IMG/VR virus record: IMGVR_UViG_3300014613_000002 | Coordinates: 1 to 64,000 of that record | Direction: 5' to 3' (one strand) | DNA from: a virus | Taxonomy: Duplodnaviria > Caudoviricetes | DNA length: 64,000 nt | Part shown: positions 26,133 through 35,443 of the stretch, one piece after another | Layout: each line of letters starts with the position of its first letter | Numbering within the stretch: the first letter of the stretch is position 1 | The notes under the pieces: model-generated | Databases searched by the model: none | The model's input: the letters and a program-made list of their open reading frames with translations, nothing else | Told to the model about the DNA's origin: nothing | Program-made: the position numbers and the translations under genes

Positions 26133-27170
26133 TTAGAATTCTCTTACATCTCGACTAACAAATGCTTTCCTACATTTAGAACACCAGTAATAGGGCATAC
26201 CATGCTTGCTGAGATGATGCATTTCCATAAGCCTACCACAATGCGGACACTTCGCTCTAGGATTCTTGATACTTTTACTCCTTATCCTCTTCTTCCAAAG
26301 AACATACCACTTGCCACTAGGAACAGATGGATGTGGTTGAAACTCGATAGTTATTCGTGTCTTATAACCTTCGTCTGCAAGCTTCTTGGCGTATCTTTCT
26401 GCGTCATCTCTTTGGGTATATTCCCAATGTTTTCTAAATCGCTCATGATTGAAAATTCTTGTTTTCATCTGATAAAGCGTCTTAGGTTTTGGATTCCTCA
26501 TATTACCTCCTCTTGGATTCTTTTTGTCATAATGCCACTCTATAGATTTCTTGGTAGGGCGACCATTACTATAAAAAAATTTATCTAATTCCTTTTCTGT
26601 TCCCACTACTGCTCTTTTACCATCTGCTGATATTTCAAAAAATAAACCTTTTTTATCAGCGTATCTATCTGCCTCTTTTACACTATTAAAAAACTTTAAT
26701 GGATTCTTCACCCCCAGTATCCTCTTGACTGCCATACCTGAAGCAGCTAGGCCTGCCCCAAAGCCCAAACCTGTCACCATTCCTTCAAGCAAGGGGTTTA
26801 TCTCTTCATCAGTGTATTTGTTGAGAGCTTCCGTAGCTTCGATTAAACTGACTTTATCAGCATGACTTTCAATCTCCTTAGTATAAGTTCTTGCACCTTC
26901 AATATAACTTTTGTAATGTTCCAGTTCGTGTCTAACTGTTTGGTAAAATTCGTGAAAAGCTCTTATCTCTGAATATCTCTTTAGCCTTTCAATAAAACTA
27001 GGTGAAATGTAAATACAAAGATTCTTAGTACTAAACGCTCCACTTGCTCCAGCTATTTCCTTAAACAAAATAGGAATAGGTTTGAATCCATAGCTCCTAT
27101 AGAAACTATTAGCTATATCATGAGCTACATTAATTGAACTCACTCCTGTAGTTAACTGTTGTGCAATCAT
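26133..27170 (-). CDS. NP-punctuated protein with N-terminal zincin (HExxH) domain
   Basis: HELEH; 5 NP motifs; short hydrophobic segment; C-terminal CPHC..CSKC. Confidence 0.75.
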   Translation of the reverse strand: MIAQQLTTGVSSINVAHDIANSFYRSYGFKPIPILFKEIAGASGAFSTKNLCIYISPSFIERLKRYSEIRAFHEFYQTVRHELEHYKSYIEGARTYTKEIESHADKVSLIEATEALNKYTDEEINPLLEGMVTGLGFGAGLAASGMAVKRILGVKNPLKFFNSVKEADRYADKKGLFFEISADGKRAVVGTEKELDKFFYSNGRPTKKSIEWHYDKKNPRGGNMRNPKPKTLYQMKTRIFNHERFRKHWEYTQRDDAERYAKKLADEGYKTRITIEFQPHPSVPSGKWYVLWKKRIRSKSIKNPRAKCPHCGRLMEMHHLSKHGMPYYWCSKCRKAFVSRDVREF

Positions 27171-27919
27171 ATCATTAGCCCATACTTTTTATAGAATCTC
27201 AGTTTCTTTGGGAATGGCCAATCAAGACCTGGAGGTCTAGTTTTTTCTAGCTCTCTAATTACAGATTTAGGAAACTTCCGAATTGTTAGCATCTCAGATG
27301 GAGCTAAAATTCTAACTCTTGGTTCTGTAACTACTGGATTCTTTCTATACCATTTCCTAAACTCTGCTGGGTGAGCACGCTGATAATGCCTCCTGAGCCA
27401 AGCCATTCTCTCTGGAAACTTAGGATGCAGTAATAGGGATTTTGGGACACAACGACCGCAAATTGAGCAACAAAACCTTTCCAGTGGATTAGCAGTAAAA
27501 TACGCTCCAGCCTGCCCTCTCCAATATTCGGCAGCTTCAAGGTGGCCAGACTTCAGGTCTCCCCTATACCTTTTTAGCGACTCCAATGCTTCTGGGTGAA
27601 CTTTAACTGACACTTTAGTTGGATTATAAACCTTAGCTATCTTTCCCATTCCTACCGACCTCCCGTAATAGAATGAACTTTTAATCGGGTCATAACTGTA
27701 CCTCCTAGATATGTCGTATTGAACATTGGCTAATTTCTTGATTTGGTCTTTTTCAGATTTGGTTAGTGGATTTCCCTTTATAGTTCCCCATTCTATTGCT
27801 CTCTTGGCATTTTCCAAGGAACCGTATGTTGCTATATACTTCCCTGATTTGAATACAAGAAATTTGTCTTCTGATTTTACTATTGTATATCCGTAGTATT
27901 TATAAATTTTCTCTTTCAT
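27167..27919 (-). CDS. basic NP-punctuated protein
   Basis: 4 NP motifs; CSIC..H..H zinc finger. Confidence 0.75.
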   Translation of the reverse strand: MKEKIYKYYGYTIVKSEDKFLVFKSGKYIATYGSLENAKRAIEWGTIKGNPLTKSEKDQIKKLANVQYDISRRYSYDPIKSSFYYGRSVGMGKIAKVYNPTKVSVKVHPEALESLKRYRGDLKSGHLEAAEYWRGQAGAYFTANPLERFCCSICGRCVPKSLLLHPKFPERMAWLRRHYQRAHPAEFRKWYRKNPVVTEPRVRILAPSEMLTIRKFPKSVIRELEKTRPPGLDWPFPKKLRFYKKYGLMI

Positions 27920-27937
27920 AGCCCAAACCTTCTCTTA

Positions 27938-28951
27938 TCAAACTTCTACCGTAATTATTTCAAACGGCATAGGCACATAAGGTTCTAGTTCTCTAATATT
28001 AAATTGTCGAATAAGTTCTATAATTTCATCCTCACTTTTATTCATTAGGTTGTGTTCCCATATAATAAGACAATCATAATCAATAGAATGATAAGCATCT
28101 ATTTTCCCAGGTTCGCTTGCAGTAAATCTGCATCCAGTTACTTCAGCACTATGCCAATAATCACCAAAAAACTCTATAACTTTCCTTTTAGATTTATGAG
28201 TAAAATCAGGAATAAAAGTTTTGCCATCAACCTTTAACTGAATTTTGCCGTTACCAGTATATTCATACTCACTAGGGCAAGCTTCATCAATAATTTTGCC
28301 AAGCTGTAATTCGGATTTATTAGGTTTATCACGAACTAATCGCAAAAAAGTTCCTATACGCTTCCTTTTATACTCAGGATTTGCCCAAAGTTCCCTTGTC
28401 CTTTTATGAGCAGCTTCCACATTTGGTTTCCAGCCAGAAGCAATCAATTCTAACTTCTTAATTGAGACCTTATTTCGTTCCTCAGGATTACTAAACCTCT
28501 GTATCGCTGCAATAGATTGCTTTTTCTTTTCTTCCTCAGTTCTAACTCTGTAACTATTATGAGCAGTATTCTTTCGCATTGGAATATCAAAATATCTTAA
28601 ATAGTAAGCAGCCATACAACCTAACTTTTCATCAATTGCCCTAGTGCTTAATTTTTGGTTAATATACAGTTCTCTCAATAATTCTTCAGTAATACCTTTT
28701 TCTCTTAATTGTCTCATTTTTGTGACATGAAAACACTCGGGCATAGCTCGTCTAGGCATCTTATTCTCATCCATAAACTTCCAAATATTAGCTCCTGGGA
28801 ACATAGCACATATTGTATCCACACTCAACTTATCCTCATAATATAGTTTCGCTATTTTCTCTTTGGTTATACTATAATAACCTAGTTTTTCTTCATATTG
28901 TTTTCTAAGTCTTTTAGTATTAGCTTCTCTGTGTTCTTTTGTCCAACTCAT
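27938..28951 (-). CDS. Vsr/DUF559-like homing endonuclease
   Basis: PDF..IEFFGDYWH..DCLIIWEH. Confidence 0.85.
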   Translation of the reverse strand: MSWTKEHREANTKRLRKQYEEKLGYYSITKEKIAKLYYEDKLSVDTICAMFPGANIWKFMDENKMPRRAMPECFHVTKMRQLREKGITEELLRELYINQKLSTRAIDEKLGCMAAYYLRYFDIPMRKNTAHNSYRVRTEEEKKKQSIAAIQRFSNPEERNKVSIKKLELIASGWKPNVEAAHKRTRELWANPEYKRKRIGTFLRLVRDKPNKSELQLGKIIDEACPSEYEYTGNGKIQLKVDGKTFIPDFTHKSKRKVIEFFGDYWHSAEVTGCRFTASEPGKIDAYHSIDYDCLIIWEHNLMNKSEDEIIELIRQFNIRELEPYVPMPFEIITVEV

Positions 28952-29327
28952 TTAACGCTTCCTGTATATATTCCTGTGGCTTGCGAAGTTTCCTTCTACT
29001 TATCAAATCTTTATAAATTCTAGGACTCATTGTATCCTTATTAGGATAAGTTGAGAATCCTACTTTGTCCATATACTCGTTGTGATTCCACTTAAAAGCA
29101 TAATGCCCCCCCAATTCATGAGCTAGGCGTTTATGTCTTTCTTGAGAGCTTTGCTTCATCCACTCTCTCGTAACTGTAATTTTTGGCATTTGTCCGTCTA
29201 GAGAAATCCAAATGTCTGGGTATGTTTTCTTAGAGTCTGAAAATTCTAGCTTCAGCATTCGAACACCAAAATATTTCATTCCTTTTCGCAGGAATTTTCT
29301 ATCTTCTGGGCTTAGTAATTTTGACAT
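28920..29327 (-). CDS. hypothetical protein, possible zincin-like
   Basis: LAHELGGH...HN motif. Confidence 0.6.
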   Translation of the reverse strand: MSKLLSPEDRKFLRKGMKYFGVRMLKLEFSDSKKTYPDIWISLDGQMPKITVTREWMKQSSQERHKRLAHELGGHYAFKWNHNEYMDKVGFSTYPNKDTMSPRIYKDLISRRKLRKPQEYIQEALNELDKRTQRS

Positions 29328-29386
29328 CTCACAATCTTTCTGTTATAATACCTATTGCATTTGAAGGCTTCGCCTTCTAAATGCCC

Positions 29387-30412
29387 TCAAACGGGAGAGC
29401 CCTCAGCTTGCTGGGGGTTTTCCTCAATAAAGCAATCATCATTTTTGTTATTAAAATCCTTAATAATTCTGATAAGTTCTTCTTCTGTTTTCTCTTTTAA
29501 TTCGTGCTCCCATATAACTAGGCAACTGAAACCAAATCCAGCATATCTATTAATTTTATCTTGAGGATTTTCTCCTTCGTGGAAATAATCTCCAAACATC
29601 TCAATTACCTTTTTCTGACTATTACAGTTGGTGAAATCAGGATGCAAATTGGCGATTGTTACAGTTCCATCTCCTGTGAATTTATATTGGTTTGGGCAAG
29701 CAATATTTATCAAATTCAATAATAAAGATTCTGGTTTATTCGGATGAGAGCATAGTTTACTAAGAACCTTCTTAGAGTATTCTGGGTTTTGCCAATTCTC
29801 TTTCTGATGCTTGGATATTTTTGCTGCTCCTTTTATGGCATTTTCTTTTCCAGGCTTTGATATTCCTTTATGAGCTATTCCAATCTTTCGAGAGCGTTCT
29901 GTATTTGAGCTTACTAGTTTATTTCTTTCCTCGGTATGATGTTTCCCATAAAATCCGTTTCTTTCCCCTAGCTGTTCTTCCCTATTACTTCTTCTTGGCA
30001 TATCCCATTCATTCATTTTTTGACTTATAATACTTCCAGATGTTTGCAAGACTTTGGCAAATTTGCACATTGGTAAGCCTAACTCCCAATAATAGTGCTG
30101 AATATCTTGCGAAGTAAAATCTCTATTCAGAATGGGTGGTCTACCAAGTGGTTTCTTTTTCTTGTGAGTTATAACTTTACGGGGGATTTCTCTATATTTA
30201 TTAGTTAAATTGAATGATTCCAATCGAGTTCTTCTAGGTATATTATATCTTTTCATAAAACTCCAAACTGAGTTATCATTCGTTCCATAAAGAAATCCTA
30301 TATCAGCTAAAGTTAATTCCTGTATCCAGTAAAGATTCTCAACCGTAGCTTTATCTAGCTTAACTTCACGCTTGCCTTCAGATATATTATTACACCATTC
30401 AGTAGAACGCAT
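29387..30412 (-). CDS. Vsr/DUF559-like homing endonuclease with NUMOD3
   Basis: NGFYGKHHTEE; PDF..IEMFGDYFH..CLVIWEHEL. Confidence 0.85.
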   Translation of the reverse strand: MRSTEWCNNISEGKREVKLDKATVENLYWIQELTLADIGFLYGTNDNSVWSFMKRYNIPRRTRLESFNLTNKYREIPRKVITHKKKKPLGRPPILNRDFTSQDIQHYYWELGLPMCKFAKVLQTSGSIISQKMNEWDMPRRSNREEQLGERNGFYGKHHTEERNKLVSSNTERSRKIGIAHKGISKPGKENAIKGAAKISKHQKENWQNPEYSKKVLSKLCSHPNKPESLLLNLINIACPNQYKFTGDGTVTIANLHPDFTNCNSQKKVIEMFGDYFHEGENPQDKINRYAGFGFSCLVIWEHELKEKTEEELIRIIKDFNNKNDDCFIEENPQQAEGSPV

Positions 30413-30480
30413 TTTCTTGTTATAAGGTCCTCTTTTTATTTTAATGTTCTGAAGTTTGCTTATATCCTTTCTTGCACATT

Positions 30481-31305
30481 TCAGCCTTCAATGCCCCTTT
30501 CAGTGAATTTCGGACTCGACTTGTCCTCAATGACGAACAATCCCTTGCCATTCTTCCCTGTAGCGAGTATCGGTTTCTCTGGCAGCATCCTGGAACCAGT
30601 GTCCCCGAGCTTGTGAATGAAGGTCGTCCTTTTGCGCCTGGAGCTGCCATACGGCTGATATTCTATCGCTGTCAATCTACCAATGGATACAAGCTGTTCT
30701 CCCTTGTTCGGAACTCTAACCCTGACTTTTCGCACTTGGGGCGGATTTCCATGAAAAGATTCATAGAGTCCCTTGGGCTTGCCAAAGAGAGTATCAAATA
30801 TAATAGGGTTTTCTATTGCACCAGTTCTAAGATTTATCCATCCATTTACTTTGTTACCTATAATAACTCTTACCTGTTCACAAGTTCTTGATTTACGACA
30901 GTGAGTTATTGCTGCATTTTTATCCTCAAAATCAAGATGGTCATACTTATACTCAAGAAAAGGTTCATCTGGATAGTAGTGATATGCTCGATATTTAATT
31001 TTACTTGGATTCATTCTCGCTTTCACTGTTTCTATATGAGGGCAAGTCCTAACTCCTCCTTTCTTGAATATCCAGGCTGGGCAAGAACATAAGAGGTTTC
31101 CTTGCTCATCTGCCTTAACAGTATAGGTTTTGCTTGGGTCACTCTTGCTCCTGAAAGTAGTTACTGTTCGATAGACCTTCTTTGGGTTAGCAGTCCTAAA
31201 TCCACTTTTCCATTCCCTAGCAGCTATCCTCATAGCATCTTGAGGTAAGTAGCCCATACGGACTAATGTCTTGATTCTTTTCTTTATGTAGTCTCGATAT
31301 GTCAT
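30481..31305 (-). CDS. NP-punctuated protein with SWIM zinc finger and conserved C-terminal virion domain
   Basis: CSCPAW...TCPHI; YESFHG...LVSIGRLTAIEY...FIH...RGI. Confidence 0.75.
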   Translation of the reverse strand: MTYRDYIKKRIKTLVRMGYLPQDAMRIAAREWKSGFRTANPKKVYRTVTTFRSKSDPSKTYTVKADEQGNLLCSCPAWIFKKGGVRTCPHIETVKARMNPSKIKYRAYHYYPDEPFLEYKYDHLDFEDKNAAITHCRKSRTCEQVRVIIGNKVNGWINLRTGAIENPIIFDTLFGKPKGLYESFHGNPPQVRKVRVRVPNKGEQLVSIGRLTAIEYQPYGSSRRKRTTFIHKLGDTGSRMLPEKPILATGKNGKGLFVIEDKSSPKFTERGIEG

Positions 31306-31914
31306 CTAAATTTTTCCTCTAGTAAGCTTGCCAGCCTTGGTCTTGGGGATTGCATTTTTCATCCTCATTACTTTTTTATAGAGAGCTACAGTTGCTTGAT
31401 GTTCAGCCCTACCTGTAGGGTCGGACACCCAATCACGAGTAATATCAACTGCTGCATCTAGGATATCTATAGCTTCATCCAGTCGTTCTCTTGGGATAAA
31501 TAATGTATTTCCCTTTATAGTTACCCAATCATAACCCACATCAAAGAAACGGAAAGGAATGACTATATCTCTTTGTTTAGCTGATAAATATACTTTTATA
31601 ACCTCTGGGGTAACAGGACGAATTGGATTCCTGTAAGCATAGCTCCTAAAGCAACCCTGGCAAACATAAGCTCTCTTGCTGTCAAGCCTAACCTGAACAG
31701 CTTCCTCCCATGGAATCCAAGAACCGCAATCTATGCAGACTGGGTTCGCAACTTTCTTGATATAAATAGCCACCATTCTCCTAGCTTTTCTCCCAATGTA
31801 GGTAAAGGCTCTGACATTAGGTCTGCCGACCTGTCTGACCCAGAATGCCAACACTCTATCCTTGGCAGAATAAGGGATAGTTTCAATAAGGGAATATCCT
31901 TTTATTTTTAACAT
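31306..31914 (-). CDS. NP-punctuated protein with zinc finger
   Basis: ANP-CIDC...CQGC-RNP. Confidence 0.7.
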   Translation of the reverse strand: MLKIKGYSLIETIPYSAKDRVLAFWVRQVGRPNVRAFTYIGRKARRMVAIYIKKVANPVCIDCGSWIPWEEAVQVRLDSKRAYVCQGCFRSYAYRNPIRPVTPEVIKVYLSAKQRDIVIPFRFFDVGYDWVTIKGNTLFIPRERLDEAIDILDAAVDITRDWVSDPTGRAEHQATVALYKKVMRMKNAIPKTKAGKLTRGKI

Positions 31915-31915
31915 T

Positions 31916-32245
31916 CTATAGTCCTGGTGGTTTAATTCCAGACTTTGGGAAAATTCTTACATCACCACTAAATGTTCCAGGTTCTTCAGCATCGAACTCA
32001 AAGCTGTGTTCCGATTCATCAGTTTCCACTCCACCTACTGATAAGTAGGTATGTTGGTCTCCTGCTCTATCTATTAGATTCCCGCCAGACCAAACTTCAG
32101 CGAGAGTATAATACATTGAACCATAGAACAAACCCTGAACATCTACTGAATAATTAACAGTCATTCTTACAGTATCACCCACCCCATATTCTGATTTATC
32201 AAAGGTAATCACTATTGGGTTGTGTAGCTTAAATCCTGCTGCCAT
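31916..32245 (-). CDS. single Ig-like beta-sandwich protein
   Basis: FDKSEYGVGDTVRMTVNY...FEFDAEEPGTFSGDVRI. Confidence 0.65.
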   Translation of the reverse strand: MAAGFKLHNPIVITFDKSEYGVGDTVRMTVNYSVDVQGLFYGSMYYTLAEVWSGGNLIDRAGDQHTYLSVGGVETDESEHSFEFDAEEPGTFSGDVRIFPKSGIKPPGL

Positions 32246-32259
32246 ATTTACCTCCTATC

Positions 32260-32961
32260 TCAATTCAAGTCAAGTCCTATTTCATTACTCCATGACTGTT
32301 TGGAATCACGAATAACCATCACCTCAACCATAACTCTACCTGGCCCTAGAAAATTACCTATAGTTACATACGTTGGTGGGCCAGTGTCTCTACTAAGGTC
32401 TAGAGTTAATTTAGTTGCTGTTGAAGTATCAGGTATAACTGTTATTTCAGGATACCCCACTATGGCTTTACTGAGATGTATCCAAGTGTAGTTACCACTA
32501 AGGTTTCTGCCGTTGATGATAATTGTTCCACCTCTCCAACATGGGTCAGGTGTAATTGATTCGATATAGGGTTCTAGTGGAGGAGCTTCAGTAATTTCTA
32601 TACTAAATGCTCTCCTGCCTAGTTCCTCATTCCAGTCTTTCCAATCATTAGGTACTTCTGTTATACTAACGCTAAAACTTTTTCTCCCCAATTCTTCATT
32701 CCAATCTTTCCATTCAGTAGGTGGCGGCTCAGGGTAATGACATATTTCGATATTATCCTCTTCTGTTAGTACCCATTTGCCTTCTACAGAACAAGTGTAT
32801 AAATCATAATCTTTACACTTGGTATCTCCAGGTTTGCATGGGATAACTCCTTCTTCTTGGAGTAAACGATAGATACCGTAGCCAGCTGCCCCAGCTAAAC
32901 CAACGACTACTGCAACTTTACCAGCTTCTTCAATTGGTTTCTTTTTAGTTCTTTTAGCCAT
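32260..32961 (-). CDS. membrane-anchored protein: TM, Cys module, 2x 23-aa repeat, IPT/TIG-like domain
   Basis: CKPGDTKC; WKDWNEELGR x2; IESITPDPCWRGGTIIINGRNL. Confidence 0.8.
   Translation of the reverse strand: MAKRTKKKPIEEAGKVAVVVGLAGAAGYGIYRLLQEEGVIPCKPGDTKCKDYDLYTCSVEGKWVLTEEDNIEICHYPEPPPTEWKDWNEELGRKSFSVSITEVPNDWKDWNEELGRRAFSIEITEAPPLEPYIESITPDPCWRGGTIIINGRNLSGNYTWIHLSKAIVGYPEITVIPDTSTATKLTLDLSRDTGPPTYVTIGNFLGPGRVMVEVMVIRDSKQSWSNEIGLDLN
32587..32724 (-). repeat. two ~69-nt coding tandem repeats
   Basis: EWKDWNEELGRKSFSVSITE / DWKDWNEELGRRAFSIEITE. Confidence 0.8.
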
Positions 32962-33430
32962 GTCTTCCCCCGAGTATTTCTGTAAGAAGCTTTATACCGA
33001 ATATTCCTAATACTCCTATAGCTCCCCATTTTACTATCGTTGCCCAATCTCCAAAAATAGGTTTATCAACATCGCACCTAATGGTATAGATTAGTGCTGC
33101 CAGCCCAAGAGTAATTCCGATAGTAATTAAGCCAATGGCAAGCCAATGAGCTTTAATAAAGGCAAGAGCCGCTAATAAGAAAGCTGGGTCAGCTTCACAC
33201 TCAATGGTAGCCTGCGACCCACTGCCGTAAACATCAATCAAGTCTATGCCATCTGGCATAAATGGCCTAAAAATGTATTCAGCGCCAGGCAAACTAAATG
33301 CACTACCTACTGGCAATCTCAAGTCCATTACAAATCGAACTTTAGTTCCTTTGGGTAACTCTATGTCGGTAGTTAAGTCATCGCCCAAAGTTTCGATTCT
33401 ATCTGATTCTGCTACTGTTACCCAAGCCAT
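32954..33430 (-). CDS. virion membrane protein (2 TM)
   Basis: VAES and DP-then-TM layout shared with 33623-34000. Confidence 0.75.
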   Translation of the reverse strand: MAWVTVAESDRIETLGDDLTTDIELPKGTKVRFVMDLRLPVGSAFSLPGAEYIFRPFMPDGIDLIDVYGSGSQATIECEADPAFLLAALAFIKAHWLAIGLITIGITLGLAALIYTIRCDVDKPIFGDWATIVKWGAIGVLGIFGIKLLTEILGGRHG

Positions 33431-33436
33431 TGTCTT

Positions 33437-33619
33437 TTATCTCCTTTTCTTCTTCTTGCCTAATAGATAACCAACAAACCCACTACCCAGTATAGCTGGT
33501 AAAACTAAAGGACTTGCAAAGGCAATAGTTGCAAATGCTTTATCACCAGGAATTGTTTTCCCATCAACCTCCCATATTGTTTCTTCTAGTGGTTTGCCAT
33601 CAATTAGTATCTGTGCCAT
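33437..33619 (-). CDS. small TM protein
   Basis: C-terminal TM then KKKRR. Confidence 0.7.
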   Translation of the reverse strand: MAQILIDGKPLEETIWEVDGKTIPGDKAFATIAFASPLVLPAILGSGFVGYLLGKKKKRR

Positions 33620-33622
33620 TTT

Positions 33623-34000
33623 TTACCTCCTCAATGTAAATAATAAAAATCCAAGGCTAACTGCACCAATAGCCCAACCCCACCAAGGAATGCCCAACGG
33701 CTCCTTTTCCAGTTGCCAACCAATAACTGAACTCACTCCAGTAGCTATCACTGTAGCTGCTATAATTGCTAGAGGGTCGGTTGCCTTCTTAAACTTGATA
33801 AACACAATATGAGCTTCCTGCCTGATAGGTTCAGTTAGAATGACTCCTTGATTGCGCAGACTACTCTCAAACTCGTATAGGATATCTTCAGGTATTTTTC
33901 TATCAAGGTAAAGACGTAATTCACCTTTATCACCTTCAGCAAATAGGCTTTCAGCTTCAGGTAATTTATCTAATTCTAAACTTTCAGCAACCAATTCCAT
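33623..34000 (-). CDS. virion membrane protein (2 TM)
   Basis: two C-terminal TM segments then RR. Confidence 0.75.
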   Translation of the reverse strand: MELVAESLELDKLPEAESLFAEGDKGELRLYLDRKIPEDILYEFESSLRNQGVILTEPIRQEAHIVFIKFKKATDPLAIIAATVIATGVSSVIGWQLEKEPLGIPWWGWAIGAVSLGFLLFTLRR

Positions 34001-34033
34001 TTAGTTTACATCTATAAAACTCTACTCATTTGA

Positions 34034-35434
34034 TTATGCCCTTGCTACTATTATATTACCAGCTGTCCACTCTCGCATTGTAGATGTTCTATAAATGTCA
34101 CCATCATAGTATGAGTATCGTGCTCTGAACAGCAGGATATATTCTCCACTGGGTATTGGGCCTCTTTCAAATCTACTCTCTCCAAATGGGCCAAGGTTTA
34201 TATCAGCAAGGTCAATACCACCTGACGACAAATCCTCTATCTCAAATCCAGCAATATCACCTGGCCTGCCCCCATACTGGGTTCTCGGAGGTAATGGTTC
34301 AGGGTAAATTGCACAGCCAAGAGACCATCCAGAACTAGGACTTCTCGATACAGAAGTGCGGGCATTTAGATATTCAACAGGCGCAATAACTGCAACTGGT
34401 TGGAGGGCTGGTATAGCAGTCTCGTTATATATGTTCCAAGTTAGGCAAATGGGGCATGTCTTGACTGCCACCAACCTATCACTCCCAGGATGTTCATTTT
34501 GCTCCTCTGCTTGCGCTTCTATCCAATCTTCAATGAATACTTCTGCCTCGTGTGTCCACCATGGCATGACATAACCACACTTCTGGCAGACAACATCATA
34601 TCTAGTTGTGCTCCCCGCAGTTAGTTCAAGAGAAACATTGGTTAGCTCAATGCCTGTATTAACAAGATACTTTTCATATCTTATAATATGTTCCTCGTCA
34701 CAACTAATCCAGTTTTGTGTTCCAGGGTGTGTCAAGCAGTATTCTATTTCTGGGTATATATCATAAACAATCGTGATGGGAGTTTGCTCAATAGTTATCT
34801 CACTTGGCACTTCTGGTGGGAATGCTTCCACCGTCATTGACAAACCATCAATCTCAATATCATAGAAGCCAGGAGTAGGAGGAGTATAAGTAAAGGTTAC
34901 AGTGGTTCCTGCTGGCCATATATCCACTCTAACTAGAGTAACTTGTTGACTATCTATAACTTCACCATTTACAGTCAAAGCAACAGTTCTAGACACTTCT
35001 TCACCAACTGGAGCTATTTGTAGCATAGCAGTACAACTAATCTGGATAGGTGTACCTGCCGTGAATACTGGCGGCTCTACATTCAAGTGACTTAGCTCAA
35101 TGACAAATTCAGCGGTTTCCAAAACCATTTCGACGCTTCCTAAATCCTTTATCTGCCCTGCCGTTAGTGTTAAATTGACAGGACTATCCCTGTAGCCATC
35201 TACGCTTATTACACTGTAATATCCTGGAGTAATATTCTCTATAATGAAAAGGCCAAGTAAATCACTGACTCCACTGCTTCTAACACCGTCAAGGTATACA
35301 TACTTACCAGCGATTGCAGTCTTGCCACCTGTAGCTACATTCAGTTCCTTTATTGCTCCTGTCACAGTTGCTGGTACTGAAGCTAACGATACGTTTAATT
35401 CCTTTGCTTTACCTGCAGTTAATATTATTGACAT
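34034..35434 (-). CDS. surface protein: N-terminal donor strand, intact CarboxypepD_reg-like domain, CARDB-like Ig domain, Cys-rich region
   Basis: MSIILTAGKAKELNVSL; ENITPGYYSV..GY..LTLTAGQ; LNVEPPVFTAG..LTVNGEVIDSQQVTL..YDIEIDGL. Confidence 0.75.
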   Translation of the reverse strand: MSIILTAGKAKELNVSLASVPATVTGAIKELNVATGGKTAIAGKYVYLDGVRSSGVSDLLGLFIIENITPGYYSVISVDGYRDSPVNLTLTAGQIKDLGSVEMVLETAEFVIELSHLNVEPPVFTAGTPIQISCTAMLQIAPVGEEVSRTVALTVNGEVIDSQQVTLVRVDIWPAGTTVTFTYTPPTPGFYDIEIDGLSMTVEAFPPEVPSEITIEQTPITIVYDIYPEIEYCLTHPGTQNWISCDEEHIIRYEKYLVNTGIELTNVSLELTAGSTTRYDVVCQKCGYVMPWWTHEAEVFIEDWIEAQAEEQNEHPGSDRLVAVKTCPICLTWNIYNETAIPALQPVAVIAPVEYLNARTSVSRSPSSGWSLGCAIYPEPLPPRTQYGGRPGDIAGFEIEDLSSGGIDLADINLGPFGESRFERGPIPSGEYILLFRARYSYYDGDIYRTSTMREWTAGNIIVARA

Positions 35435-35443
35435 ATTTACCTC

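Noticed and set aside
24802-31914. 2A/StopGo ribosomal skipping at NP
   Set aside because: No D[VI]ExNPGP motif, and StopGo is not known to work on bacterial ribosomes.
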